Shown here: piece after piece, positions 45,286 to 54,579 of the stretch | Layout of the letters: every line of letters starts with the position of its first letter | Position numbering within the stretch: the stretch's first letter is position 1 | Origin: Gemmatimonadota bacterium | GTDB lineage: Bacteria > Gemmatimonadota > Gemmatimonadetes > Gemmatimonadales > GWC2-71-9 | Direction of reading: 5' to 3' | NCBI GenBank assembly: GCA_041691295.1 | Contig: JBEPVA010000001.1 | Span: 6,008-70,007 of the forward strand | Length of the DNA: 64,000 nt | The notes under the pieces: model-generated | The model's input: only the letters and a program-made list of their open reading frames with translations | Told to the model about the DNA's origin: nothing | Databases searched by the model: none | Translations under genes and position numbers: made by a program

Positions 45286-46395
45286 TTGGCAGTTCGCATC
45301 GGACTAGCCTTCAATCTCAAACCCCAGGGCCTGGCGCAGTCAGCCGGGGCAGCTTCCTCCCCCCCACATACCAACTCGACGACCGCAGGCAGGGCGCTCC
45401 GCTACGATCTGGAGCAGCCTGACCTCTATGCCGAGTGGGATGAACCCGAGACCATCGACGCCGTCGAGCATGCGCTCCGGCCGCTGGGCAAGGTCATCCG
45501 TCTCGAGGCCGATCAGGACTTTCCGGCCAGGCTGGCCAAGGCCCGGCCGGATTTCGTGTTCAACATCGCCGAGGGACTGTATGGCCCCAACCGCGAGGGC
45601 CATGTCCCGGCCATCTGCGAATTCCTGGGCATTCCCTACCTGGCTTCCGATCCGCTCACGCTGAGCCTGGCCACCCACAAGGGGCGGGCCAAGGAAATCC
45701 TCCAGATCAACGGCGTTCCAACGGCGGCCTTTGCCATGGTCCGCACTGCCGCCGAGGCCCGGTCCGTCGATCTGCCGTTCCCGTTGTTCTGCAAGCCGGC
45801 CTTTGAAGGCTCCGGCAAGGGCGTCAGCGTCAAGTCGCTCTGCCACAGCCGCAAGGAGCTGGTCAAGCAGTTCGAGTACCTGATGGCCACCTACTCGGAA
45901 CCGGTCCTGGTCGAGACCTACCTGCCCGGGGCCGAGTATACCGTCGCCATCCTGGGCAACGGCAAGGACGCCCGCTGCCTGCCGATCGTCGGAATGTGCT
46001 TCGACGACCTGCCGCAGGGCGCCCCGCCGATCTACGGCTACGAGGCCAAGTGGCTGTGGGACAGCCCGACCGATCCGCTGGAAATCTTCGAATGCCCGGC
46101 CCGGATCCCCCGCGCCCAGGCCCAACTGATCCGGAACGCTGCACTGGGGGCCTTTCATGCCCTGGAGTGCCGCGATTGGTGCCGGGTCGATATCCGCTGC
46201 GATGCGGCAGGACTTCCCATGGTTGTCGAGCTCAACCCGCTGCCCGGCATTCTTCCCGATCCCCGGGACAACAGCTGCTTCCCCAAGGCAGCCAGGGCGG
46301 CCGGTCTGTCATACGATGAGCTGATCCGGAACGTGGCCGATATTGCGTGGCAGCGGATCAGCGGACAGCGGCTCCAGGCCGTGGCGGCCGCATGA
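45286..46395 (+). CDS. ATP-grasp protein, D-alanine--D-alanine ligase-like (paralogue 1)
   Basis: TTG 45286 lies after GAGGGA. Ddl-like blocks FNIAEGLYGPNREGHVPAICEFLGIPY, LFCKPAFEGSGKGV, RVDIRCD, VVELNPLPG. Confidence 0.8.
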   Translation: MAVRIGLAFNLKPQGLAQSAGAASSPPHTNSTTAGRALRYDLEQPDLYAEWDEPETIDAVEHALRPLGKVIRLEADQDFPARLAKARPDFVFNIAEGLYGPNREGHVPAICEFLGIPYLASDPLTLSLATHKGRAKEILQINGVPTAAFAMVRTAAEARSVDLPFPLFCKPAFEGSGKGVSVKSLCHSRKELVKQFEYLMATYSEPVLVETYLPGAEYTVAILGNGKDARCLPIVGMCFDDLPQGAPPIYGYEAKWLWDSPTDPLEIFECPARIPRAQAQLIRNAALGAFHALECRDWCRVDIRCDAAGLPMVVELNPLPGILPDPRDNSCFPKAARAAGLSYDELIRNVADIAWQRISGQRLQAVAAA

Positions 46396-47414
46396 GGGCG
46401 GCCATCCTGTTCGATGCCGGCGCCGATCACTGGGACCAGAAGGACATCGCCAACGTGGTGGACAACGCCCGGGAAATTCAGGCCTGCCTGCAGGCCCGGG
46501 GTTACCAGACCACCCTCATTCCGATCAAGCTGGGCCAGTTCGGATGGCTCAACCGCTGCCGCAAGGCGGACGTGGTCTTCAATCTCTGCGAAGGGATCGA
46601 CGGTCATTCCCGCTATGAGGATTACGTCGTCGGCACCCTCGAACTGACCGATACGCCGTATACCGGCTGCCGCCCCTGGGCGGTGGCCGTGTGCCACAAG
46701 AAGCATGTGGCCAACACCCTGCTGGCCCGCAGTGGCGTGCCGATCCCGACCTTTGCGCTGGCCAACGGCAACAAGGTGCCGGCTGACCTGACCCTGCCGG
46801 TGATCGTGAAGCCCGCGGCGGAGGATGCCAGCCTGGGCATCGATGCCGGCGCGGTGTGCACCACCAAGAAGGCGCTGCGCAAGCGGCTGGCCGAGATGAC
46901 CGAGCAGTACGATGACGTCATCGTGCAGGAGTTCGTGGCTGGCCGGGAGTTCAACGTCGGGTTCGTGGGCAAGCAGGCGCTGCCCATCGCCGAGCTGTGC
47001 TTCGACAACATGCCGGAAGGATCCTGGCCCATCCTGACCTACTCGGCCAAGTGGGATGTGGGCAGCCCCGAGGATCTGGGTTCGGTACCGGTCTGCCCCG
47101 CCGACCTGCCCACCGACCTGGCCAAGCGGATCGTAGCGGTGGCGCGCCAGGCCTGGGACCAGCTCTGCGGCAGCGAAGGGTACGGCCGGGTGGACCTCCG
47201 GGTCGATGCCAATGGCCAGCCCTTCGTGCTCGAGGTCAATCCCAACCCCGACCTGTCGGACTGCGCCGGGCTGAGCCGGATGGCCAAGGTGTATGGCTGG
47301 GACTACGACGAACTGATCGGCCGGATCGTGGATGAGGCACTGAGCCGGAGCAACCGGACCCAGGCCGCCGCTGCCCTGGCCGGCGAGAATACCGAAAAGA
47401 GCACTGCCGCATGA
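46392..47414 (+). CDS. ATP-grasp protein, D-alanine--D-alanine ligase-like (paralogue 2)
   Basis: ATG 46392 overlaps the upstream stop. Blocks FNLCEGIDGHSRYEDYVVGTLELTDTPY, VIVKPAAEDASLGI, RVDLRVD, VLEVNPNPD. Confidence 0.8.
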   Translation: MRAAILFDAGADHWDQKDIANVVDNAREIQACLQARGYQTTLIPIKLGQFGWLNRCRKADVVFNLCEGIDGHSRYEDYVVGTLELTDTPYTGCRPWAVAVCHKKHVANTLLARSGVPIPTFALANGNKVPADLTLPVIVKPAAEDASLGIDAGAVCTTKKALRKRLAEMTEQYDDVIVQEFVAGREFNVGFVGKQALPIAELCFDNMPEGSWPILTYSAKWDVGSPEDLGSVPVCPADLPTDLAKRIVAVARQAWDQLCGSEGYGRVDLRVDANGQPFVLEVNPNPDLSDCAGLSRMAKVYGWDYDELIGRIVDEALSRSNRTQAAAALAGENTEKSTAA

Positions 47415-47911
47415 CCAACGTCGCGCTCCAACCGCTGATCCGGGACCTCGCTCCCCAGGATCGCGGCCGGATCGAGGCGATTACCCGCGCCACCGGTATA
47501 TTCCGCGAAGACGAAGTGGCTGTCGCCCTCGAAGTGTTCGATGCATCCTGCCGCCGTGATCAGACCGACTACTACACCGCGGGCGCCGAGACTGGCGGCC
47601 GGCTGGCGGGATGGATTTGCTGGGGCCAGACGCCCTGCACCGAGGGCACTTGGGACCTGTACTGGATGGCGGTCGATCCGACCGTCCAGGGCAGCGGAAT
47701 CGGGTCGGCACTGGTGGAACGGCTGGAAGCCCGCCTGGCCGGCAAGGCTCGGCTGATCATGATCGACACCTCGGGCCGGTCCGACTATGCCAACACCCGG
47801 GCTTTCTACCAGGCCAGGGGCTACAGCATTGCTGCGGTGGTGCCGGACTTCTACGCCCCGAATGACGACCAGGTCATCCTCTTCAAGAAGCTGGCGGCGC
47901 CGGAGGAATAG
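47411..47911 (+). CDS. GNAT family N-acetyltransferase
   Basis: ATGA overlap with the upstream gene. Acetyl-CoA pocket VDPTVQGSGIGSALV. Confidence 0.8.
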   Translation: MTNVALQPLIRDLAPQDRGRIEAITRATGIFREDEVAVALEVFDASCRRDQTDYYTAGAETGGRLAGWICWGQTPCTEGTWDLYWMAVDPTVQGSGIGSALVERLEARLAGKARLIMIDTSGRSDYANTRAFYQARGYSIAAVVPDFYAPNDDQVILFKKLAAPEE

Positions 47912-48024
47912 CCGGGCCGCCTGAGCGCCATCCCCAACCGCATGCCATTGATCCCACCGTCAGCGCCCTCGGCCCCTGCGGCCTTGATTGCGCCGGCTCC
48001 GTCCGCCAGAATGGGTAACCCTGG

Positions 48025-48396
48025 TCACTGGACCACGAGTGTGGAGTGGGCCAGCGACAGTTCGATAGTCCAGGTAATCACCTGATCGGGCTGGACCAGG
48101 ATCGGATCGGTGGTGACGGGCTGCGAGTTCCCGACCAGGGTGGCGCGCAGCCGCACCGTGGCTCCCGAGGAAAAATTTCGACCCGGCAGCATGAAGGTGG
48201 CCTCGGAGGCGGAGGCGACCAGGCCGAGTCGCTGAGCGATGCCATCGTGCAGCAGGTAGATCCGGGCATCGCTCCAGTTGTGGTTGACGACCGTGAGTCC
48301 GATCTCGGCCTGGCTCCAGGCCGGAGCCGGGACTACGTCAGCCGGATGGCGGCAGGCCACAGCCAGCAGCAGGAGCGCGATCAGGGTTCGAGGCAT
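48025..48396 (-). CDS. small hypothetical lipoprotein
   Basis: An internal start gives MPRTLIALLLLAVAC with a lipobox. No family recognised. Confidence 0.5.
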   Translation of the reverse strand: MPRTLIALLLLAVACRHPADVVPAPAWSQAEIGLTVVNHNWSDARIYLLHDGIAQRLGLVASASEATFMLPGRNFSSGATVRLRATLVGNSQPVTTDPILVQPDQVITWTIELSLAHSTLVVQ

Positions 48397-48504
48397 ATGG
48401 GCAATGGATGTACCATGGCAACCCGCACGACGCCAGATCAGAATTGACAACCGGACCGGCGGGCTGCACATTCGCTTTGATACCACCTTCCTGAGAGCCA
48501 ATTC

Positions 48505-51500
48505 ATGCATTCACTCCATGTTGGCCCGCCGCGGGCTGCCGCGGCCATCGGGCTTTTCTGCCTGGCCATTCCCAGCCTGCTCCTGGCGCAGCAGGGCCGG
48601 CTGAGCGGCCACATCACCGACAAGGAAACCGGCAAGCCGCTGGAAGCGGCCCAGATCCTGGTCGTGGGTACGACGCTGCTCGAGACCTCCGGCGCCGACG
48701 GCCATTACACCTTCCGCAGCATCGCGCCCGGGCATTACCAGGTCCGGGTCATACGGATCAGCTATGCCGCCAGGCTGGATTCGGTCACCGTCGCGCCCGG
48801 TGAGTCCGCGGTGCTCGATTTTGCGATGAGCAGCGCCCCGGTGCAGCTCGATGAGATCGTCTCGACCGCCACTGGTCAGCAGCGCAAGCTTGAGATCGGC
48901 AATGTGGTGTCCAAGATCGACGCCGCTTCGATCACCAAGGAGGCGCCGGTCACCGAAATCGGGAACATCATCTCGGGACGGGTGGCCGGTGTCCAGGTGC
49001 TCAAGAGCGGAGGCACCACCGGCACCGGCACCAGGATCCGGATCCGCGGCTCCAACAGTCTCTCGCTATCCAATGAGCCCCTCTACTATATCGATGGGAT
49101 CCGGATGGAGAGTTCGTCATCCGGGCTCTCGCTGGACATCGGCGGCGGCATCGGTGGCGGCTCGACCTCCCGGATCAACGATATCAATCCCGACGATATC
49201 GAGTCGATCGAAATCGTGAAGGGACCCGCCGCGGCCACCCTGTACGGCATCCAGGCCGCCAATGGCGTGGTCCGGATCACGACCAAGAAGGGGACGGCCG
49301 GCCGGGCCAAATGGAATGTTTCCACGGAGGGGGGCTCGGTCAGCGATCACAATGCCTACCTGCTCAACTATTTCCCGACCTTCGACATCCTGCCTACCGC
49401 CAGCCCCGAATACCTGGCCAACGGCTTTACCTGTACCCTGCAGGATCAGTTCCTGGGCAACTGCAATATCACCGGCCTCACCAAGTACTCCCCGCTGGTC
49501 AACAAGGACACCAAGCCGCTCAAGGCCGGTTTCCGCCAGCAGTACAACACCAGCGTGTCCGGCGGCACCGACCAGGCCAACTACTTTCTGGCGGCTGGCT
49601 ACGAGAGCGAAGATGGTGTGTTCCGCCTGCCTAAAATGGAAGAGGACTCGGTACGCCAGGCCAACGGCGGGATCATGGCCAGCCAGATCCGGCCCAACAC
49701 CCTGCGGAAGCTGTCGGTTCGGGCCAACGTCGGCGCCAACGTTTCCAAGACGGCGGATATCCAGGCCACGATGGCCTATGTCAGCAGCACCACCCGGCTG
49801 GTCGAGAACGACAACAGCTTCCTGACCATTACCGGCAGCGCCGAGGCCAGCGCCAACACCCCGGATATCAACCGGGGATGGTTCTATACCCCGGCGCAGC
49901 TGTTCGCCGAACTGGCGGAGCAGAACATCGGCCGGTTCACCGGCGGATTGACCACCAACTGGCGGCCCCGGACCTGGCTCACTACTCGGGCCACCGTGGG
50001 GTTTGATGCCACGGCGGAGAACGACAAGAATTTCTTCCCGACCGGCCAGGTGGCAGACTATTCCAACAACCTTCGAGGTGTGCTGCGGCTGAACAAGGCG
50101 AACATCACCCAGACCTCGATCGACCTGGCCGGCACGGCCAACTACAAGTTCAGCGAGGCTCTCACCGCCAAGACCTCGGTCGGGGCGCAGTGGTTCCGCA
50201 ACCTGGTCCGCGGCACGCTTGTGACCGGGACCGGATTGTCGCCGGGGCAGGAAAACCTGGCGGGCTCGTCGGTCGAGGCACGGGATACGTCCTTTGAATC
50301 GCGCACCGCCGGCGCCTTTGTCGAGGAAGCGGTGGCCTACAAGGAGCGCCTGTTCCTGACTGCGGCCGCACGGCTCGATGGCGGCAGCTCGTTCGGCAAG
50401 AACTTCCAGGATGCCATCTATCCCAAAACCAGTGTGTCCTGGCTGACCTCCAACGAACCGTTCTGGCACCTGTCGTGGATGAACACCTTCCGGCTCCGGG
50501 CCGCCTTGGGCGCCTCGGGCCAGATTCCCGGCGCCACCGACGGGCTCAAGTCGTATGTCGGCGTGCCCGGGGTGAAGAATGGGCAGGGATTCAGCGGGGT
50601 ACAGCTGTCCAATAGCGGGAACGACAACCTCAAGCCGGAACGGTCCACCGAGTTCGAAGCCGGGTTTGATGCCGGGCTGGCCCACGACAAGGTCACGGTC
50701 GAATTCAGCTACTACACCAAGACCACTTCGGACGCACTGATTGCGGCCGAGGTGGCCGGTTCGGGCGGCACCCAGCAGATCCAGTTCCGCAACCTGGCCC
50801 GGGTCCGCAATCATGGCCTCGAGCTGGCCATCAGCGCGGCCCCGATCAACACCCCGAATTTCAGCATGGATTTCACCATCAGCGGCTCGATCACCAAGAA
50901 CAAGGTGCTGGCCCTCGGCGCCGGCGACACGGCCCTGGTGTTCGGCTTCTACCAGCAGGACCGGCCCGGCTATCCAGCGGGCGGATTCTGGGGTCTGCCG
51001 CTGCTCGGATACAGCGATGCCAACCATGACGGGATCATCGACCAGTCCGAGATCCGGGTCGGTGACCACGCGGTGTACCAGGGCAGCGCGCTGCCGACCC
51101 GGGAGCTGGCGCTCAACAGCGGGTTCAACTTCTTCCACGACCGGATCCGGCTGGCCAGTCAGTGGGACTATCGCGGTGGCAACATGGTCGACAACTCGAT
51201 GGAAAACTTCCGCTGCAGCGCGGTGTTCAACTGCCGGGCCGAGTTCGACCGGACGGCACCGCTCGAGGACCAGGCCAAGGCGCAGGCCGCCCTGGTGTAC
51301 GGTGGCAACCAGTTCGCATTCATCGAACCGGGCTGGTTCATCAAGTTGCGGGAAGTGTCGCTGACCTTCTACGGCACGCCAAAGATTGCCCACGCCCTCG
51401 GGACCTCCAGCATCAGCCTGACGCTGGCCGCCCGGAACCTGCTCACGATCACCAACTACACCGGCGTCGACCCCGAGGTCAACGCCTTTGGCCAGGACAA

Positions 51501-51573
51501 CTTCGCCGCCAGCGATTTCGAGTCCCAGCCGCAGGTGCGGTATTTGATCGCCCGCATCAACGCCAGCTTCTGA
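48505..51573 (+). CDS. SusC/RagA-type TonB-dependent outer-membrane transporter
   Basis: Signal peptide. Carboxypeptidase-regulatory-like N-domain (GHITDKETGKPLEAAQILVVGT). Plug (DIESIEIVKGPAAATLYG). Barrel ends ..ARINASF. Confidence 0.9.
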   Translation: MHSLHVGPPRAAAAIGLFCLAIPSLLLAQQGRLSGHITDKETGKPLEAAQILVVGTTLLETSGADGHYTFRSIAPGHYQVRVIRISYAARLDSVTVAPGESAVLDFAMSSAPVQLDEIVSTATGQQRKLEIGNVVSKIDAASITKEAPVTEIGNIISGRVAGVQVLKSGGTTGTGTRIRIRGSNSLSLSNEPLYYIDGIRMESSSSGLSLDIGGGIGGGSTSRINDINPDDIESIEIVKGPAAATLYGIQAANGVVRITTKKGTAGRAKWNVSTEGGSVSDHNAYLLNYFPTFDILPTASPEYLANGFTCTLQDQFLGNCNITGLTKYSPLVNKDTKPLKAGFRQQYNTSVSGGTDQANYFLAAGYESEDGVFRLPKMEEDSVRQANGGIMASQIRPNTLRKLSVRANVGANVSKTADIQATMAYVSSTTRLVENDNSFLTITGSAEASANTPDINRGWFYTPAQLFAELAEQNIGRFTGGLTTNWRPRTWLTTRATVGFDATAENDKNFFPTGQVADYSNNLRGVLRLNKANITQTSIDLAGTANYKFSEALTAKTSVGAQWFRNLVRGTLVTGTGLSPGQENLAGSSVEARDTSFESRTAGAFVEEAVAYKERLFLTAAARLDGGSSFGKNFQDAIYPKTSVSWLTSNEPFWHLSWMNTFRLRAALGASGQIPGATDGLKSYVGVPGVKNGQGFSGVQLSNSGNDNLKPERSTEFEAGFDAGLAHDKVTVEFSYYTKTTSDALIAAEVAGSGGTQQIQFRNLARVRNHGLELAISAAPINTPNFSMDFTISGSITKNKVLALGAGDTALVFGFYQQDRPGYPAGGFWGLPLLGYSDANHDGIIDQSEIRVGDHAVYQGSALPTRELALNSGFNFFHDRIRLASQWDYRGGNMVDNSMENFRCSAVFNCRAEFDRTAPLEDQAKAQAALVYGGNQFAFIEPGWFIKLREVSLTFYGTPKIAHALGTSSISLTLAARNLLTITNYTGVDPEVNAFGQDNFAASDFESQPQVRYLIARINASF

Positions 51574-51584
51574 GGAACGCGACC

Positions 51585-52916
51585 ATGAAATCCTCCCTGC
51601 TCATGAGCGCGGCCGCCGCCCTGACCCTGTGCGCCTGCGGCCTGCTCGACACCACCCAGCCAGGCGTCATCAAGCCGGGCGACCTCGACAATTACATCGG
51701 GGCCCAGGCCAAGGCCAAGGGCGCCATCGCGGCCTACGGCTTTGCGATCGACGGTGACGGCAACTTCGACACCGACTCGACCGACGGGATGATCCTGAGC
51801 ACCGGATTGATGTCGGATGAGTTTACCTACGTTGGACCGAATCCGACGCCGCAGGAGTTCAACGCCCATGCCGTGTCCTCGATCAACTCCAGCCTGAGCG
51901 TCCTGTATTTCTACGTCCACAAGGCGCGGATCTCGTCGGAGGCCGCCGCCGTAGCACTCGAGCGGTTCACGCCAGACACGGCGAACGAAACACTGATCCC
52001 CGAGGTACTAAGCCTGGCCGGGATGAGCATCATCAGCCTGGAGGAGAATTTCTGCTCCGGGGTGCCGCTCAGCTACCTGCAGGCGGATACGGTGGTGCTG
52101 ACGTCCGGCTCAACCACCGCCGCGGGGCTGGACTCCGCCATCCTCCGGTTCGACGCGGCACTGGCCCACCCGGCCGTGGCTGTTGACCTCAACATCCAGT
52201 ACCTGGCCCAGGTTGGGAAAGGCCGCGCCCTCCTCGACCTCGGCCAATATGCCGCCGCCGCGACCGCGGTCTCGGGTGTGCCAGATGATTTCCAGTACCT
52301 GTCGGAGCACTCCACCTCCCGGAGCCGACTGCAGAATGCGATCTTCGAGTACAGCACCACCAGCACCGGACTGTTCTCAGTGGCGGACAGCAGCGGCAGC
52401 AATGGCATTCCTTACCGAACGCTGAACGACTCCCGAGTGCCATTTGTGGATACCGGAATCAACGGGCTCGACCTCATCACCCCGCTGTTCTCCATCATCA
52501 AGTATCCCGACGCCGGCAGCCCGATCCCGATCGCCAGCGGGATTGAGGCCCGCCTGATCGAAGCCGAAGCGGCGCTCACTGCCGGTGGTCCGGCGGCCAT
52601 GAATACGATCCTGAATAATCTGCGGGCCGAAAGCGCTGACACCGCCATCAGCAACAACCCGCTGCCGGTGCCGGCCGCCGGGGTGGCGGCCCAGGATCAG
52701 CTGTTCAGCGAGCGGGCGCTGTGGCTATATGCCACCGGCCACCGCCTCGGGGACATGCGGCGCCTGGTGCGGCAGTACGGACGGGCCCGGGACAGCGTGT
52801 TCCCGACCGGACCGTTTCCGAAGGGCGGCAACTACGGAACGGATGTGAACTTCGTGATTCCGGAGAGCGAAGATCACAATCCGCACTTCACGGGGTGTGT
52901 GGATCGGCTGCCCTGA
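51585..52916 (+). CDS. SusD/RagB-like lipoprotein
   Basis: Leader MKSSLLMSAAAALTLCAC. It lies immediately downstream of the SusC-type gene. Confidence 0.75.
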   Translation: MKSSLLMSAAAALTLCACGLLDTTQPGVIKPGDLDNYIGAQAKAKGAIAAYGFAIDGDGNFDTDSTDGMILSTGLMSDEFTYVGPNPTPQEFNAHAVSSINSSLSVLYFYVHKARISSEAAAVALERFTPDTANETLIPEVLSLAGMSIISLEENFCSGVPLSYLQADTVVLTSGSTTAAGLDSAILRFDAALAHPAVAVDLNIQYLAQVGKGRALLDLGQYAAAATAVSGVPDDFQYLSEHSTSRSRLQNAIFEYSTTSTGLFSVADSSGSNGIPYRTLNDSRVPFVDTGINGLDLITPLFSIIKYPDAGSPIPIASGIEARLIEAEAALTAGGPAAMNTILNNLRAESADTAISNNPLPVPAAGVAAQDQLFSERALWLYATGHRLGDMRRLVRQYGRARDSVFPTGPFPKGGNYGTDVNFVIPESEDHNPHFTGCVDRLP

Positions 52917-52923
52917 CGGGCTA

Positions 52924-52978
52924 GGCGGGCGGGCGGGCGGGCGGGCGGGCGGGCGGGCGGGCGGGCGGGCGGGCGGGC
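52924..52978. repeat. (GGGC)n tetranucleotide tract, ~13 units; distal arm of 4HB cassette B
   Basis: ggcgggcgggc... spans 55 nt and starts 8 nt after the SusD stop. It is complementary to 53521-53535, allowing one G:U pair. Confidence 0.85.
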
Positions 52979-53005
52979 CGAAGCTGCCTGCACCGCCACA
53001 AACCA

Positions 53006-53437
53006 TCAAGTCATCGATTGGGCAGGTGGAGTCTTCGACTCCCCGGCCCTTTTGGCTACAGCGGCGTAAAGGCCCCAAGTTAGCCGAGTCGCATGATCCC
53101 TGAGCGCCTCAATCTCACCGTATTTCTCGGCACTTGTGTATTCCAAGTCTCTAGAGAGCAAGAGAAGGTAGGAAAGTTCGGACAATGAGCCGAGCGAAAT
53201 ATCCAAGTATCGACGAAACTCTCGGCTCCCGCGTTTGGCGCAACCCTCGGCGATATTGACCACGGCCGAGACTGCGGCACGGCGAGCCTGGGAAGTCAGT
53301 CCGTAGACCTCGAATTTCGGCCACGACTCGGTCGCGCGGTACGTCGCCAGCGCAAGGTCGTGGCAAGCGACCCAGGCAGTGAATCGCTCGTATGGCTTGC
53401 CAGGGCGTTTCTTAGAAGACTTGATCGTATTGAGCAT
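53006..53437 (-). CDS. four-helix-bundle protein (23S rRNA IVS protein / Avd-like family), second copy
   Basis: The start is taken at the internal ATG 53437. Family pattern FTAWVACHDLALATY, SQARRAAVSAVVNIAEG, GSLSELSYLLLLS. Confidence 0.8.
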   Translation of the reverse strand: MLNTIKSSKKRPGKPYERFTAWVACHDLALATYRATESWPKFEVYGLTSQARRAAVSAVVNIAEGCAKRGSREFRRYLDISLGSLSELSYLLLLSRDLEYTSAEKYGEIEALRDHATRLTWGLYAAVAKRAGESKTPPAQSMT

Positions 53438-53518
53438 ACGATACAGTAGGACCGCCGATGACACTCCGCATAACCGAAACTTTGCGCTGATACCCAAAAC
53501 AACGCCGTAGTCGTCTTT

Positions 53519-53544
53519 CTGCCCGCCTGCCCGCCTGCCCCCCC
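53519..53544. repeat. GCCCGCCT repeat; proximal arm of 4HB cassette B
   Basis: ctgcccgcctgcccgcctgccccccc. On the gene's sense strand this is a purine arm ~80 nt upstream of the ATG. Confidence 0.8.
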
Positions 53545-53568
53545 AAGGTATCCGTTCTCGCCGAATGC

Positions 53569-54579
53569 CTAGGTGGCCGCTAGCCACCCCATCCCTCCCG
53601 CCTCCGCCATCCTCGACTGGTGCGGCTGGAACATGTAACGCCCCCGCACCGGCAGCCGGAACTCGAGAATCGCCCGCTCACTCGGACCCAGCGTCACGGT
53701 GTCGGTCCGCTCATCGGGAACGAGCCGAGTGCCGCTGCGGTACAGATCAAACGCCTGGGCGTGCAGATGAAACGACACGGATGGATCGGAGGCGCTGAGG
53801 TTGACCAGGTAGATCCGCACCAGCTCACCGACGGGCACCTTGATCGGATAGCGGGCAAAGAACCCGGCCACCCCATTCCAGGCGTACAGATCGTTTTGAC
53901 CGTCCCCGTCCAAGTCGAAACCGGAGAGTGCCAGCACCAGCTCATGGGCCGCTGGCCGCCCGCCCGGCGGATCGACGATCATGGTGCCGTACAGCCCGTG
54001 CGCCATATGCTCGGACACCGGCAGCGCGTGACAATGATACGGATGCACCCCGAACGGCTCGGCCGTAAACCGATACGTCGTCTCACCGCCGACCGGCACC
54101 GGTTCCCAGCCATCCTGGTTCACATCATGGGTGCCGTGGAAATGAACGTTGTGCGGGTGACTGCCCTTGTTGGTGAAGTGGACCGCCAGCTGATCCCCTT
54201 CGGTGGCCCGGAGAATCGGACCCGGCACCGTCCCGTTGTAGCTCCAGGCCTGGAAGGTCCGGCCTCGGGCCACTTCGATGGGCATTTCGACCGCAGTCAG
54301 TTCGAACTGCCTGGCCCTTCCCCGGGCCCCCGGTTCGAATGGCGGCGGGATGGTCAGCCCATCGAGCGCTTGCGGCCCCAATGACTCGGGTGGCTCGACC
54401 CCATGAGAATAGAGCGAATCGCCGGGCATCATCGCATGAGGATTCGGGCCCATCGGAGTGACCATCTGGTGCCCGCCATTTCCCGCCCGTCCGGCGAGAT
54501 ACCCGCCCAGCGCTCCCGCACCGCCAATCACGCCGAGTCGCAGCAGCTCCCGGCGCGTGATCCCGAAGGAATCGTTCAC
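53569..54579 (-). CDS. Tat-exported multicopper oxidase domain protein
   Basis: GTG 54579 makes a GTGA overlap with the upstream stop. Tat leader RRELLRLGVIGGAG. Copper motifs HPHNVHFHG and HCHALPVSEHMAHGLYG. Confidence 0.8.
   Translation of the reverse strand: MNDSFGITRRELLRLGVIGGAGALGGYLAGRAGNGGHQMVTPMGPNPHAMMPGDSLYSHGVEPPESLGPQALDGLTIPPPFEPGARGRARQFELTAVEMPIEVARGRTFQAWSYNGTVPGPILRATEGDQLAVHFTNKGSHPHNVHFHGTHDVNQDGWEPVPVGGETTYRFTAEPFGVHPYHCHALPVSEHMAHGLYGTMIVDPPGGRPAAHELVLALSGFDLDGDGQNDLYAWNGVAGFFARYPIKVPVGELVRIYLVNLSASDPSVSFHLHAQAFDLYRSGTRLVPDERTDTVTLGPSERAILEFRLPVRGRYMFQPHQSRMAEAGGMGWLAAT

Noticed and set aside
52924-52978. (GGGC)n and the heptamer tracts considered as possible CRISPR arrays.
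   Set aside because: The units are 4-9 nt and contiguous with no spacers. No cas genes are in the window. They are simple tandem repeats.
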